The notes under the pieces are model-generated. The model did not search any database. It was not told the origin of the DNA and worked only from the letters and a program-made list of their open reading frames with translations. A stretch of 64,000 nucleotides of DNA from contig OZ024747.1 in the NCBI GenBank assembly GCA_964016885.1, positions 84,692,001 through 84,756,000 on the forward strand. The letters run 5' to 3'. Below, piece after piece: positions 11,568-29,558 of the stretch (its first letter is position 1; the number at the start of each line of letters is the position of its first letter). Position numbers and translations under genes: made by a program. This DNA comes from Eledone cirrhosa. Its lineage: Eukaryota.

Positions 11568-14554
11568 ACTATGTTATTTACAGCAATCTTCTTGGAGTTT
11601 GCTCCGCCCTTGTATTTGTATTAAATGTATGAACTAAGGTGAACATTACACTATTTCTGACTTTCCTGTAATATGAACATTTCTTTATCAGTGATATATT
11701 TTATTGTGTTTACTATTATATAGTACTTTTTCTTTCATTCAACTGCTACCCTTATTTCTCTGTCGGCTGTAAGCCTAAGCAGGGGGTGATGTAGCAGTGA
11801 ATAAAATGTATTTTCCTTCTGCGGCGGAATGGTGTTACGGAGGTAAGTTGGCTGAAGTGTGAGCCAATCGAAACCTTCGGTGCACTAATTCGACTGTCCA
11901 GAACTACGTCACCAGGTGAGCGGAGGTGACCAAGAGAGACATTAGTCTACACGCACCTCTCTTATCGACAAGACCAGGCTACACTCATCGCTGCTAACAA
12001 CATCTCCATCTTGCAATGAAGCGGACCAAACTACATCCTACACATGTAGATACGACCTGTACCTAATGTATCCGTTCAACATGTACGACTAATAAATAGA
12101 GTTACAACATCGATAATGGATTTAGTCAATGTTCTAAATGCCTTCTGATTTCTATTATGTATACCAAGAATTGACCCTAAAACCCGTTATAACAGCATCA
12201 CAAGACGCTACGATGTTTTTATGTTTTGGTTAGTTGCGCCACGAGGAATTAGTTTGGTAGTTAGATGTGGTAAGAACATCGACAACGACTTTGACGGGAT
12301 TTGAACTCAGAATGGCAAGGTCCGTAACTCTATGCGTCAAAGCATGGTGTCCGACCCTCTACCGATACTGCCAATCAATGCAACAAAACTATTACTAAGG
12401 TAGTACACTGGATTAAAAATATCAATAAACTTAGGAGTGAATATTGGACCGTAGTTGTCTCTTTGTGGTCTCTATTATCTTCTCGAATTAAGTTCCAAAC
12501 ATAATCACGTGCCCAAAGTAGAAACAATTATTTCATTCCACCTTCTCTAATGTTGAATTGTATGTCCTGTTCATTATGTTCTGACACAGTATCAAGATCC
12601 GATTGGAAGAATTTTGAATGAGAGCGCTAATAGTGCAGCTTAAGTAACATTTTGCTTTCGACACTTTTATAGTTTTCAAGTAGTTCTTCAGAAAGAGGTT
12701 TGTAATTCTTCGCTACGTAGTTGCCCACAAATCCATTGACAACCATTTCAGAGAAAGGAGGAAAAGGGAGAGGAAATGATGGTCAACAGAGAAAGGAGGA
12801 GGAAAGGGATTTCAGATGCATTCCAAGCTCTTTTCTTCACAACTGTCAATTGCACCAGATCCTCGAAATAGCAAACGACACGCATTTTCTGCTGCAATTC
12901 ATTCACCTTTCTAGTATAAATTTGCAACTGTTACATCTTACAAGCAGAGCCCATGGCTTGTGCTAATTTCTAACGGAAGTGCTGATGTACTTTCATATGC
13001 GACATATTTGTTACGCCGTAAAATAACACGTTTGACTTTTGGCCTGTTCACTCACATAACAAAAACAGTCAGCTGATTACCTTGCAGTGTATCTAGAAGC
13101 CACCATTATGATATGTTGTAACAGTCAAACACAAAAGTTAATACAAGGTTGTTAAAGGAAATAAATATCGTCACACCTGAATAGTGGAGTTTACATCCTC
13201 CATCCAAATCTACAGTACCAGAGTTACGGGACTTTGTTATGGTAACTTCGACTATATCTAGCCGGTAGCAGCTAGTCTCTCCAACTAGACCTCATTTCTA
13301 TATTTTATTGTCAATTTTTAACTGAAATTTTACTGATTTTATTCTGTATTTTAGACTAAACTAAAGGATTGTTTTGAAGTTTGGTTACATAGATATATGG
13401 TCACCTGGTACTTTCCTGTATTAAATGCAATGACTACCTAGTATCAACTAGATACTTAGGGCAGGTATAGTTGTTTGTTTTGACAGTTTTCGATAGCTTC
13501 TTTTTGTATTTATTGTTCTCTCCTCACATTCGCTTAAAATGTCACGTCACAAAAGTTGATAGGTAAAACAAAACAAATTGAGAAATAGGACTGTAGGAAG
13601 TAATAAAATGAAGTATAAAAGAGTATAAAAGATACCAATTAATTTTGCATTGAAGATTATTGAATGGTGTTAAATATCAAGTAAATTTAGTATAAAAATT
13701 AAATAGGAGACATAAATTTACGAAGAATGTGGGCGGTACTTGTTAGAACTATCTTTTGGATTTCATAGATGCTAGGTTAACCAGGTGTATTTTCTAGAAA
13801 CCTTTAAACGCCTTTATTTGTGACACCCAGTACTCCTATCACCACTAGAATAGTTTAAGTTTTAAGGTGCCATACTCTGTTTAACTCAATTTCAAGATCT
13901 TTATACGTTGCAAAAGAGTATGAAAAATTTGCAAAGTATAAAGATCTTGAAAACGAAGGTCAGGTAACTTCCAATTAATGATATTATAATTGTATTGTAC
14001 TATTGGTACAACTAAGATGTTTATAGCTTCGAAACGGTTTTTAGAATTTAGTTCAGTTTTCTGGATCAGCTTTACACATCTGTCGTATTTTTTCCTTGTT
14101 TTCTCTTTCCTTTGATTATGTTTAATTCCACTATCTTCGTTTATTCCAAAATATAAATACCTTCTGTACGGTTGTATCTAAATCGAGTTTAACAGATAAT
14201 GTTTTTGTTAGCTTCCCCCCTTTAAATGTTGTTTTGGCACATTTGTCAAGGCCAAATTCCATGCCATTGTTATTGCTAAATTGCTTCACAGTTGTTAAAA
14301 GTCATTCTAACTCTGAAATGCAAGAAGGTAACGTGAAAGGGAACACAGTTGTGATCAGGGCATTAGAGTCAATCCTATTGAAACTGCAAGACTTTTTAAT
14401 GCCGATGGGAATACCATGCAATATTGGTGTCATACAAAAATCAGTTTTGCTAGGCCCTGAAAGTATTATCTCTCTGACGTCCTTGTAATTTGACAGATGA
14501 CAGATGAGTAAATAATCCGGAGCATTTTCTATCAACACTGTGTTACAAATAAAT

Positions 14555-14932
14555 AATAATTGTTTCTACTTTTGGCACAAGGCCAGCAATTACCCAGTAC
14601 ATTACTGGTACTTTATTTTATCGACCCCGAAAGGATGAAAAGCAAAGTTAACCTCGGCGGGATTTGAACTCAGTCCGTAAAGGGACGTAACTATGCTGGA
14701 AAGCATGGCGTCCGACTCTCTACCGATACTGCCAATCCACCGCCGTCAAGTAATTATTTCTACTTTTGGCACAAGGCCAGCAATTTCCCAGTGTATTACT
14801 GGTACTTTATTTTATCGACCCCATAAGGATGAAAGGCAAAGTTAACCTCGGCGGGATTTGAACTGAGAATGGCAAGGGCCGTAACTCTATGAGTCAAAGC
14901 ATGACGTCCGACCCTCTTCCGATACTGCCAAT
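14555..14932 (-). mobile_element. Two tandem tRNA-derived SINE copies
   Basis: Two consecutive reverse-strand matches to the window's SINE consensus. Confidence 0.85.
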
Positions 14933-15209
14933 ATAATAATAATATCACGTGAGCTCAAAAACACGGGTTGTGTATATAAGATGAACAACAACAATGAGTA
15001 CATTAACAATTTGTTGTTTTTTTAGATGACCTGAAATTACACTATTGTTGTTCAATGGTCATTTATCATTTTTTTTTTATAGATGACCTAAAATTCGATA
15101 TGGCTGTGTGTGTGTGACAGCTTACACATATGCAGGTTTAGCTGGCCACCTTTAAGGTATATCTCGTTGGAGCTGTCTTGGGTGATTTAATGATTAGGGC
15201 CCCCCAGGC

Positions 15210-15362
15210 CTATCATCTCATTTCTACAGCTGAGTAAATTGAAGCAACGTGAAATAAAGTGTCTTGCTCAAGGAAACAACGCATCACCCGGTCCGAACTT
15301 ACAACCTTTCGATTGCAAGCCCAGTGTTCTAACCACTAAGCCATGCACCTTCACATGGCTGC
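15210..15362 (-). mobile_element. tRNA-derived SINE of a second family (CORE-like)
   Basis: Reverse strand has a tRNA-like head TGGCTTAGTGGTTAGAAC and a CCTTGAGCAAGACACTT CORE-like motif. Confidence 0.6.
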
Positions 15363-15967
15363 GCCTTTGATTTGTCGTTTTTGTTCAATACGACAATGTC
15401 CGGTCGGCGATGCTCAGTTACTCCGTCTCAAAATCATAATCCCAGAATATCGTTGCTTTCCCATCCTCCTGCATTACTTTACCAGACACATGCTCATACT
15501 AAGTCTATATTATATCATATTGGTATTTACGACATAACAACCAATGAAGGTTGAAGGTACAAATAGACTTTATCGTGGAGGCGGTTGTATTCTTTTTGTG
15601 CAAGCCCATCTCATCAACTTATCGAGTAGATTATATTTTCCACATTCTTTACACAATCTGTATTTCTGGGTTTCAGAAGTTTTGTAGATGTTATATTTCC
15701 ACGAATTGGTAGCAAGAGCTTGTCCTTGTGCTGCAAATATAAGGATTTCATTGGTACGCTTCAAATCATCTTGCTTAAGCCATGTCCATGATAGTGTTTT
15801 ATCCTTGATATCCTATGTATTTCTTTTAAACTGTCTGTGCATTCTCATTTCCAGAAGATCTTTGCTCTTCTCACCAACTCTTTGGTTAAACATTTACTTT
15901 CTCGCCATTTCGTCTGCATTTCGTCTAATTTCAAACTGGCTCGCTGTTTCAAAACAAACTTGCTTGA

Positions 15968-16700
15968 TGGCAGTATCGGTAGAGGGTCGGACGCCATGCT
16001 TTGACACATAGAGTTATGCCCCTTGCCATTCTGAGTCCAAATCCCGCCGAGGTTAACTTTCTCTTTCATCCTTACGGGGTCGATAAAATAAAGTACCAGT
16101 AATGTACTGAGTAATTGCTGGCCTTGTGCCTAAAGTAGAAACAATTATTTTTATATTTTTTCGATGGATTGGCAGTATCAGTAGAGGGTCGGACGCCATG
16201 CTTTGCAGCATAGAGTTACGGTACTTTAAGAACTGAGTTCGAATCCCGCCGACGCCGAGGTTAGCTTTGCCTTTCATTCTTACGGGGTCGACAAAATAAA
16301 GTACCAGTAATACACAAGGATAATTGCTGGCCTTGTGCCAAAAGTAGAAACAATTATTTTTATATTTTTTCATTGTTAATTGTTTTTGTTATTGTGTAAT
16401 TTTACTCAATTTTATTGTACCAGTAATACACTGGGATAATTGCTGAACTTGTGCCAAAAGTAGAAACAATTATTTAGGGTGGTGGATTTGCAGTATCGGT
16501 AGAGGGTCGGATGCCATGCTTTGCAACAAAGAGTTACGGCGCTTTATGGTCTGAGTTCAAATCCCGCCGAGATTAGCTTTGCCTTTCATCCTTATGGAAT
16601 CGATAAAATAAAGTACCAGTAATGGACATGGGTCGATTTAATCAACTTTCCCCTCTCCTCAAATTGCTGGCCTTGTGCCTAAAGCAGAAAACATTATTAT
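15968..16700 (+). mobile_element. Cluster of three tRNA-derived SINE copies
   Basis: A box TGGCAGTATCGG, B box GAGTTCAAATC, core and tail GGCCTTGTGCC..AAGTAGAAACAATTATT recur at about 15968, 16165 and 16478. Confidence 0.85.
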
Positions 16701-17052
16701 TATTATTGATAGTTTGCGCAGTAAATATGATAATTACTGAACCTTTACTATCTGTCGACTTTTCTATAACACAGTATATTCTTTTGTTACCGTTAAATGT
16801 GTGAGACTCACATCATTTAGCATTCTCATAATCAACCTATTTAACCAATTGAATAATTATGAGGATAAAATGTCGAGCAATTATCTTCAAACTGGTATGT
16901 GTATTCAGTTGGAAGGTAAAATCGAGTGGAAGTTGATAGCGAATGGTCCTCAAAATATTTTAAATTAAATATACAGTATATTGCCAAATATACGATACAT
17001 ACATTCATTTATACATCGTTATTTCAGAGCTCTAATACTAATATATATATAC

Positions 17053-17317
17053 ATAACGAAAGAAGTAGACCATAACGCACCAGAGTACTCGATACTATGG
17101 GTAGTAGAGTGGGTAATAGGAAAAGAGTCAGGACCCGGACGGCTGAGCACCGGCCGCTAATTTCAACAGCTAATTCTGAATTCACAATTAGCTGTCGAAA
17201 CGGCCGGAGCTCAGCCGTCGGGGTCCTGACTCTTTTCCTATTACCCACTCTACTACCCATAGTATCGAGTACTCTGGTGCGTTATGGTCCACCTGGTTCC
17301 TTACCACACTTCCTTCG

Positions 17318-17320
<3 letters not shown>
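17053..17320. mobile_element. Fold-back (inverted-arm) element between (TA)n arrays; family also at 52140-52267 and 62298-62498
   Basis: Arms about 17068-17167 and 17179-17289 are reverse complements. The right arm sequence recurs at two other loci and ends in GTTATATA at each. Confidence 0.85.
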
Positions 17321-17374
<54 letters not shown>

Positions 17375-17685
17375 ATATTAATAAATGGAAACTATATTTA
17401 TAAAACCATATTTATTTTATTATACATATTTCAAGGGCAACCAAGGCAAATTATGGTGCGCTTTCATCAGATAAAATACAGATTTGTTTTATAAATAAAT
17501 ATTGACATACCCGGAAAAAAAGACAACCTTAACGGTTGGAGCTTCCTGGATAGTGGAGATAGTACATTTATTGAGGGTGATAGAAAATTATGAGTGAGTA
17601 TGCAAATGAGTGTGCGAAAGGTTGAAAAGATAACGATTTATTTAAATTAAACTGTTGGAAGAAGGTGATATGTGAGGGAGAGAGA

Positions 17686-17815
17686 AAAAAAGAAAAAAAG
17701 AAAAAAAGAAAAAAAGAAAAAAAGAAAAAAAGAAAAAAAGAAAAAAAGAAAAAAAGAAAAAAAGAAAAAAAGGAAAAAAAGAAAAAAAGAAAAAAAGAAA
17801 AAAAGAAAAAAAGAA
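17686..17815. repeat. A-rich (GA6-7)n simple repeat
   Basis: Direct reading; explains the poly-K/F ORFs. Confidence 0.95.
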
Positions 17816-18939
17816 GAAAGAAATGAGAAAGATAGAAGAGGAAAGAAAGAACGATTATATATTGACAGTGAAAATAGCGTGCATGAAGTGAAGAGTTTCA
17901 AAGGATAAATACAGCGTAAGTATATTTAAGTGAGAGAAGAAATGAGTTTCAAAGGATAAATACAGCGTAAGTATATTTAAGTGAGAGAAGAAATGAAGAA
18001 ATGAGAATAAGGTGGAAGAATAATTGTTTCTACGTTTGGAACAAGGCCAGCAATTACCAGTGCATTACTGGTACTTTATTTTATCGACCCCGTAAGGTTG
18101 AAAGGCAAAGTTAACGTGGAAGAATAATATTTATAATGCCGGATTCATTATGTTTTGATTATAATATTTATAATGATAGGTTGAAAAATTAGATTAAAAT
18201 TAAAATTAAAAATTTAGAAATCAAAATTAAAGATTAAAATTTACCTTAATATTAAAGATTTAATTTAATAATTTAATAATTAGTTTAAATGTATATGTTA
18301 AGGATTATAAATTATTTAAATAAATTATTTGACAAACTTAAATATTTAAATAAATTATTTAAATAAATATATACATATGTGGATGTACATTTTTAACTTA
18401 ATTGTTTAAATATATATTATTTTACATTAGAGCAAATCTAGTATAGTTTATTTTATTAGAAGTTGTAAGTCAAAAATGTTAAGCTTGTCAAGGAATTCCC
18501 TAGGGCGATAAAAAACCCCCAAAAGAAATCAAAGAAAATGAAAATAAGGACAACGTCAACTTCTACAACAGTTACAAGAACAACTTCAACAGAAATGACA
18601 ACAAAAAGAAGCAATGGTGGTGAATGGTGTGGGTTTATACATATACATACGAACATACACGCACATGCATACGTACATACATACATACATGCATACACAC
18701 ACACAGGCCGGCGTTAGTGTTTGATGAAGTTGAGAACCTGGTCAGCTTTCAGCCAGAGCTGTGGTATTTAATCTCCCTAGGTAATAACATCTGGAGACAG
18801 AATTTTCTCCTTACCAAAAAAATAAAAAAAACATAAATCATATCAACATCCTTACACACTTAAATATAAATGCATGTATATATACAAATGTATAAATGCA
18901 TAGCTATATACATATGCAAAAGAAACCAAAGAACGCTTA

Positions 18940-19860
18940 CATACTCAAACAATCTTTATTCACTAACAATGTTTCATCCTCACCCTTTGGCAGGAATCAT
19001 CCGAGCTTAATAAATACAGTGTTGAGTATAAGCTCCACAAAAACTTAGTCACACGAACAATCAGAAAAAATGATAGGGGGATTGGAGATAGCTAACAAAG
19101 AGGTTCATGCTGGGGTTACTAAGCATCACTGCAAAATACCAAGGCACAATTGGATTCAACAAGAAGACACAGTAGATGGCACTCCAAAAATGTAGAATGT
19201 AAAATCAAAAAGTGTGAAAACATTAAAAACTACATAATAAATACATAATAATACATAAAAAATACATAAAAAATACATAAAGAAATACAGGCAAATTTTA
19301 AAGCATAATATAAATTATATTAAAGTAATAAAAAATATAAAAATACAGATAAAAAATAATAATAAAGATAATAGAATAAAATGAAATAAAGTAAAATAAA
19401 ATAAAATAAAGTAAAATAATTAAATAAAAAATATTTAAAATAAATTAAAAATACAATAAAGTAATATAAAAAGTATATTAAAATAATAATAAATGATAAA
19501 ATAATAAAATAATATAATAATATGATAAAATTAAATTAAAAAGGATTAAAAATATTTAATAAATTGAGAAAAAGTTATATGTTATGAACACTTAGAGAAA
19601 GTAAGATATTAAAAGCGCAGTACCTAACAACACAAGCGAGTAGGATCCCAGTAGTCTATATACAGGCGTGAAGAGATATTTTTGGTACATCTCAAAAGAC
19701 CACAGTAATCCGAATGACTACCATAATATACATACACAAGGTAGGCATACGTCAAGATGGGCGGTCTCAAAAGTGAAACTAATTTTACGATTGGGAATTT
19801 GTTTGTTTTTTTACAACAGGTCTCAATAGTGAAAGTATAATGCAGACACACGCAATTGTA
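18940..19860 (-). mobile_element. Degenerate Penelope-like pLTR element (decayed hammerhead, AT-rich body)
   Basis: Minus strand at about 18960-19010 reads GCTCGGATGATTCCTG...GAGGATGAAACATTGTTAG, similar to the 29559 hammerhead. A TAAAA-rich body follows, then GGGCGGTCTCAAAAGT, shared with GGGCAGTCTCAAAAGT at about 27784. Confidence 0.5.
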
Positions 19861-20445
19861 TGGATTTCTTAATATATATATATATGTGTGAGTGTGTATA
19901 TGTGTGTATATATATGTGTGTGTATGTATATATATATATATATGTGTGTTTGTATATATATATGTGTTTGTGTCATCATCATCGTTTAACGTCTATCTTC
20001 CACGCAAGCATGGGTTTAGACGTATATATGTGTTTGTGTGTATATATATGTGTGTTTGTGTGTGTATATATATGTGTCTGTATATATATATATATACATG
20101 TATGTGGCCACATATATATACACACAAACACACATATATATACACACAAACACATATATACACACAAACATATATACGTCTAAACCCATGCTTGCGTGGA
20201 AGATAGACGTTAAACGATGATGATGACACAAACACATATATATATACAAACACACATATATATACATACACACACACATATATATACACACTTATATACA
20301 CCCACACATATATATATATTAAGAAATCCATACAATTGCGTGTCTGCATTATACTTTCACTATTGAGACCTGTTGTAAAAAAACAAACGAATTCACAATC
20401 GTAAAATTAGTTTCACTTTTGAGACCGCCCGTCTTGATGTATGCC
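19744..20445. repeat. Long inverted repeat with arms of about 330 bp
   Basis: 19744-about 20075 is the reverse complement of about 20110-20445, including unique sequence, microsatellites and a CATCATCATCGTTTAACG LINE/SINE tail. Confidence 0.9.
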
Positions 20446-20553
20446 ATATAAATCTACATACATACATATATACATACATACATTTACGTATGTATATAGT
20501 TATGCATATATACATTTGTATATATACATGCATATATATTTAAGTGTGCAAGG

Positions 20554-20611
<58 letters not shown>

Positions 20612-20615
20612 TTAT

Positions 20616-23610
<2,995 letters not shown>

Positions 23611-24156
23611 AAAAAGGTAAAGTATATATATGTGTGTGTGTGTAGAAGAGAAGTCTCAAACTCAAGGACACAAAATGGCCATTACGTCCTGGAGGAGGAG
23701 CACAGTGGACCAAACGTGGTGGTAGGTGAAGATTTTCACCAGTTATAATCATTTCTACTATAAGAACAAAGCATGAAATTTGGGGTTTAGGGTTCAGTCG
23801 ATTACATCGATCCTAGTACACAACTGGTACTTAATTCATTGACCCCAAAAGGATGAAAGGCAAAGTTGAGATCGGCGGAATTTGAACTCAGAACGTAAAA
23901 AGTACCGTTAAGCATTTCGCCAGATGTGCTAACGATTCCACCAGATGTGCTAACGATTCCACCAGCTCGCCGCCTTATTTTCACCAGTTATAATGCGATA
24001 TGAAATATTGGTTCTACCACGGGCCACAGAAAAGTAATTCGCGGGGCGCATGTTTGAGCCCCTGTTGGAGATAAATAGATAGATAGATAGGATAGGCGTG
24101 TACCAAACACACACACACATTTCTTACTCTCTCTGTCGCTCCCTCTTTCTCTCTTC

Positions 24157-24376
<220 letters not shown>

Positions 24377-24377
24377 G

Positions 24378-24437
<60 letters not shown>

Positions 24438-24549
24438 GTTGCTGAAAAGAACAGTGGCCTATGACCGGGCAATAAAAACTGGAGACAAAATTCTTTCTGT
24501 ACCAAAACCAAGGCACACACACACAGAAGTTTGTGTGTGTGTATGTATA

Positions 24550-24634
<85 letters not shown>

Positions 24635-25475
24635 ATCTATCTATGTATATATAAGGAATACAGATATTTCTTTCTCACTGTCACCAAGCTTCTCAATTCA
24701 TTCGTTGCTACTAAGTATTTTATTTTGCTACGAGGTATTTTATTTTGCAAGGTATTATTTTCCCTCTGAGTTTGTGATTTCAGAGAAAGGTAAGAAATTC
24801 TTCATATTTGCATCTTTTGTATTTTGACTTTACAGTTTGAATTGTAGAATTGTCTATCCACTCAAAATATTACAACAGCTAACAGTGAAATATAGAATTT
24901 AAAAAAAAAAGCTTTTTCGACTGAGATCAAATCTTTGAGAACATTCACGTCTATTTTTCAAAAATATATAATTTGAAATAGCTTGCTTTTGTTTTGGACT
25001 GAAACTTTTTTGTATTTAATTCGTACGAGTATTTTTTAAAGATTCTAACATAACTTGATTTGGCCCAGTAATCTACTGATATCAAAATCAGTAGTATATT
25101 GAAAAGTGGAAAAATAGGGGGGGGGGGGGGGGGCGTTTCGTGATTTTGAGAGGCAAAAGGGGGGGTTTGGCAGAAATTGAGGTTGAGAACCTTTGCTTTA
25201 GATAACCATATAAAAAGAAATCTGGACCCCTTAAATCATGGCTGTGTGGTGCCCAATAAAAATCAGTCTTCAAACTGATGAGAAGAGTTCCAAACTTATT
25301 TTTCAGTCTATGTATGTATGTATATGTATGTGTGGGCTGTCTGTATATATTTGTGTACGCATGTGTTTATATATATATGTATATATGTAGGAATATATGT
25401 GTATATATATATGTTTCTTTGTATGTATGTGTGCATGTGTATATATGTATATGTATATATGTGTGTGTATGTGTA

Positions 25476-25532
<57 letters not shown>

Positions 25533-25664
25533 ATATGTATATATATACATATGTATGTATATATATATATATATATGCATATGTATGTATATGTATATAT
25601 ATATGTATGTGTGTGTATATGTATGTGTATGTTTCTGTGTATTTGTATATACGTATATGTATGA

Positions 25665-25711
<47 letters not shown>

Positions 25712-26102
25712 TGGAAGCTTAGTAAAATCGAAGGTTTGGCTGCGACCAAGCAAAGTCGACCTACAATTAGGAATGAGTAGCAAAGCACTCAATAAGGGTA
25801 GGTCCTCAGAGTAATAACATTACGTTTAGATAGCTTGACAAATTGAAAATTGCGGCAGACAAAACCCAACCATACAATACCAAAACAACGAAAAAACTAA
25901 TCAGGTTAGACAACAGACCTGGACAAATCGAACGATATTCTGCAATACGTTTGATATGTTTCTATGAATCCGAAATTATCAATCCAACTTACGTATCAAG
26001 TAAGCTTGTGGTATTCCATGATCAAATAAAGGACTCACTTCATCGACAGGCATTTAGTTCTTTGCCTCAAACGGGTGTGAATATATCTGTGTATTGTTTA
26101 TA

Positions 26103-26164
<62 letters not shown>

Positions 26165-26193
26165 AAGGTTTGTGTTTATATATATATATATAC

Positions 26194-26303
<110 letters not shown>

Positions 26304-26599
26304 GACAGCATTTTACACGTTTTTATTGTATGTAAACTTCCCCCTTTGTATTTGTCCCCTTCTTTTGTGCCCCTGTGGCTAATAAAGAAACATCTCTCTC
26401 TCTCTCTGTATATATATATATATATATATATACGTTTGTCGGCAATAAACTTGTTATAATGTCATAATAGTTCCTTTGTTCTTTTTCACTAATAATTCTG
26501 CTCTGCTTACACGCATAGAGCTTAACTAGCTACCGTCACATATTTGGTAGGTCAGACGTGATCATCGCGATTCACATACGACCTACCATACATCTTGCT

Positions 26600-26630
<31 letters not shown>

Positions 26631-26764
26631 TACTAGGGAGAGGATCAGGGGTGTATAACACTCCACTTATCCAGCAGGCAGTATAAGGTTAGCTCGATGT
26701 CTGAGGACAGAGCCGTGATATAATAAATAACAAAGAACGCCTATAGCATATGCATATCTTTACT

Positions 26765-26810
26765 TGCTAACATTGTTTCATCCGCACTATAAGTGGGACT
26801 CATCAGAGCA
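26765..26810 (-). ncRNA. Type I hammerhead ribozyme motif (mirror of 29559-29604)
   Basis: Reverse complement: TGCT CTGATGA GTCCCAC TTATA GTGCGGAT GAAAC AAT GTT AGCA. Confidence 0.7.
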
Positions 26811-27425
26811 TAAAGGTTAATTACATACCACACAAGCAATAACAAATCCAAGACATTGAAGAATGAAAAATAATAGAAGATAAAGGATATTAAGGAAGTA
26901 AAAGTAAAAATAAGAATAAAAATAAAAATAAAAATAAAAATAAAAATAAAAATAAAAATAAAAATAAAAATAAAAATAAAAATAAAAATAAAAATAAAAA
27001 TAAAAATAATAAAATAAACAATGAAAAATAAGGGGTGCTATCAGTCACAGTTGGGCGGGGTGCTGTCAACATATAGTTACATACAAGCATACACATGGAT
27101 AAGAGAACAGACAAGAGTAGGTAAGATAGATAGGATTAGGTAAGAGTAGGTAAAAAATAGGTGAAAAACAGACTTATAATATATATAAGAAAATATAAAA
27201 AAATATAAAAAAATATATAACAAACTTACATATAAAATATAAAATATGCAGATAATAGTGATACAGGGTAAGGAATGAAATAAAATAATATAAAATTAAA
27301 ATTAAAATTATATAAAATAGAACATAATATAATATAATCATAAAATAAGATAAAATAAGGTAAACTAAAATAAAATAAAATAGACTAAAGTAAAATAATA
27401 TAATATAAGATATAATTAAATGTAA

Positions 27426-27461
<36 letters not shown>

Positions 27462-27530
27462 AATTAAATAAATAAATAAAATTAATAAATAAAATTAAAA
27501 TTAAAATTAAAATTAAAATTAAAATTAAAA

Positions 27531-27566
<36 letters not shown>

Positions 27567-28895
27567 GTAAATAAATAAATAAATAAATGAAATTAAATTA
27601 ATAAATAAATAAAATTAAATAAAATGAAATGAAATAAAATAAAATGAAATAAAGTAAATTGAGATAAGATATATATTTTTTTAGAATATATTTCTTGAAA
27701 ATATCAGGGGGCCACGAAGGCACTAAGTGTCACAGTCACCAGTATCACTTGACCATTGCAAGGCAATGGAGGCGTCCCAGGTTGGGCAGTCTCAAAAGTT
27801 CACTCGAAAGTCACGGGTGTGCATTCACACAGTTGAGCGGTGGGGTAATCACAAACCGGTTCACACCCGGGCAGGAGTCCAATGGTCAAACAGAGGTGCA
27901 TCGAAGGAAGGTAGGAGAATTCACGTGCAGTAGCAAGCGAGGTGCAGGCGGGTTAGCCAAAGCAAGCAGACACAGTTGGAGCGCATACAAAAGATATATA
28001 AAAAGACAAAAGATATATAAAAAATAGCTTCAAGAGCCATGAAGTCACCGCATTGGGACATCACAAGATTGTACACACCAATATGTTCAGCACGTATATG
28101 CACATATACACACCACATGCATATGCAGAGACGGTATACATATATATATATTTTTTTATATACAGACATATACAACCACCTACACCCATACACATATAAA
28201 TGTATACACAGACACACACGCACACACACACAGCGTAGGACACCCGGGTCAAAGCTGATATTAAACACAGAAATACCACATTAGGCAAGACCCACCACCA
28301 CGGATAATACATTCAAAATAAATACATACGATGAGATGTAGTAAAATAAAATTGAATTCCTACGGAGATAATCATGTCCGCACGTGCCATTGCCCGATTT
28401 AAGTGTACACAGGCCGTTAGTAACTACGGAGGGCTATCGGGGCCAAAACGTTACTTTCGGGATCATAACAACGACCTTCGATGCACCTCTGTTTGACCAT
28501 TGGACTCCTGCCCGGGTGTGAACCGGTTTGTGATTACCCCACCGCTCAACTGTGTGAATGCACACCCGTGACTTTCGAGTGAACTTTTGAGACTGCCCAA
28601 CCTGGGACGCCTCCATTGCCTTGCAATGGTCAAGTGATACTGGTGACTGTGACACTTAGTGCCTTCGTGGGCCCCTGATATTTTCAAGAAATATATTCTA
28701 AAAAAATGGTCAAGTGATACAGATAACTGTGACACTTAGTGCCTTCGTGGGCCCCTGATATATTCAAGAGATATATTCTAAAAAAATATATATCTTATCT
28801 CAATTTACTTTATTTCATTTTATTTTATTTCATTTCCTTTTATTTAATTTTATTTATTTATTTATTTAATTTCATTTATTTATTTATTTATTTAC

Positions 28896-28931
<36 letters not shown>

Positions 28932-29558
28932 TTTTAATTTTAATTTTAATTTAATTTATTTATTTAATTTTATTTATTTATTTATTTATTTATTTGATTA
29001 CATTTAATTATATCTTATATTATATTATTTTACTTTAGTCTATTTTATTTTATTTTAGTTTACCTTATTTTATCTTATTTTATGATTATATTATATTATG
29101 TTCTATTTTATATAATTTTAATTTTAATTTTATATTATTTTATTTCATTCCTTACCCTGTATCACTATTATCTGCATATTTTATATTTTATATGTAAGTT
29201 TGTTATATATTTTTTTATATTTTTTTATATTTTCTTATATATATTATAAGTCTGTTTTTCACCTATTTTTTACCTACTCTTACCTAATCCTATCTATCTT
29301 ACCTACTCTTGTCTGTTCTTTTATCCATGTGTATGCTTGTATGTAACTATATGTTGACAGCACCCCGCCCAACTGTGACTGATAGCACCCCTTATTTTTC
29401 ATTGTTTATTTTATTATTTTTATTTTTATTTTTATTTTTATTTTTATTTTTATTCTTATTTTTACTTTTACTTCCTTAATATCCTTTATCTTCTATTATT
29501 TTTCATTCTTCAATGTCTTGGATTTGTTATTGCTTGTGTGGTATGTAATTAACCTTTA

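Larger units (their letters stand above)
8023..11999 (+). mobile_element. Ty3/gypsy LTR retrotransposon. LTRs about 8023-8231 and 11790-11999, PPT 11778-11789; PBS and most of gag deleted
   Basis: About 200-bp LTRs that read as identical and start TGTAGCAG. AGCAGGGGGTGA polypurine tract. Pol domain order PR-RT-RH-IN. Confidence 0.95.
14170..15960. mobile_element. Scattered R4/Dong-like RLE LINE fragments in both orientations, interleaved with SINEs
   Basis: Minus about 14225-14305: LLTTVKQFSNNNGMEFGLDKCAK (RT). Plus about 14345-14470: VVIRALES...IQKSVLLG (RLE end). Plus about 15000-15040: INNLLF/LDDLKL. Minus 15570-15764: LIFAAQGQALATN...RLCKEC. Confidence 0.7.

Noticed and set aside
27695-28735. 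Duplicated small ORFs (MSQSPVSLDH...) as a gene pair
   Set aside because: By-product of the inverted repeat; no domain or splice support.
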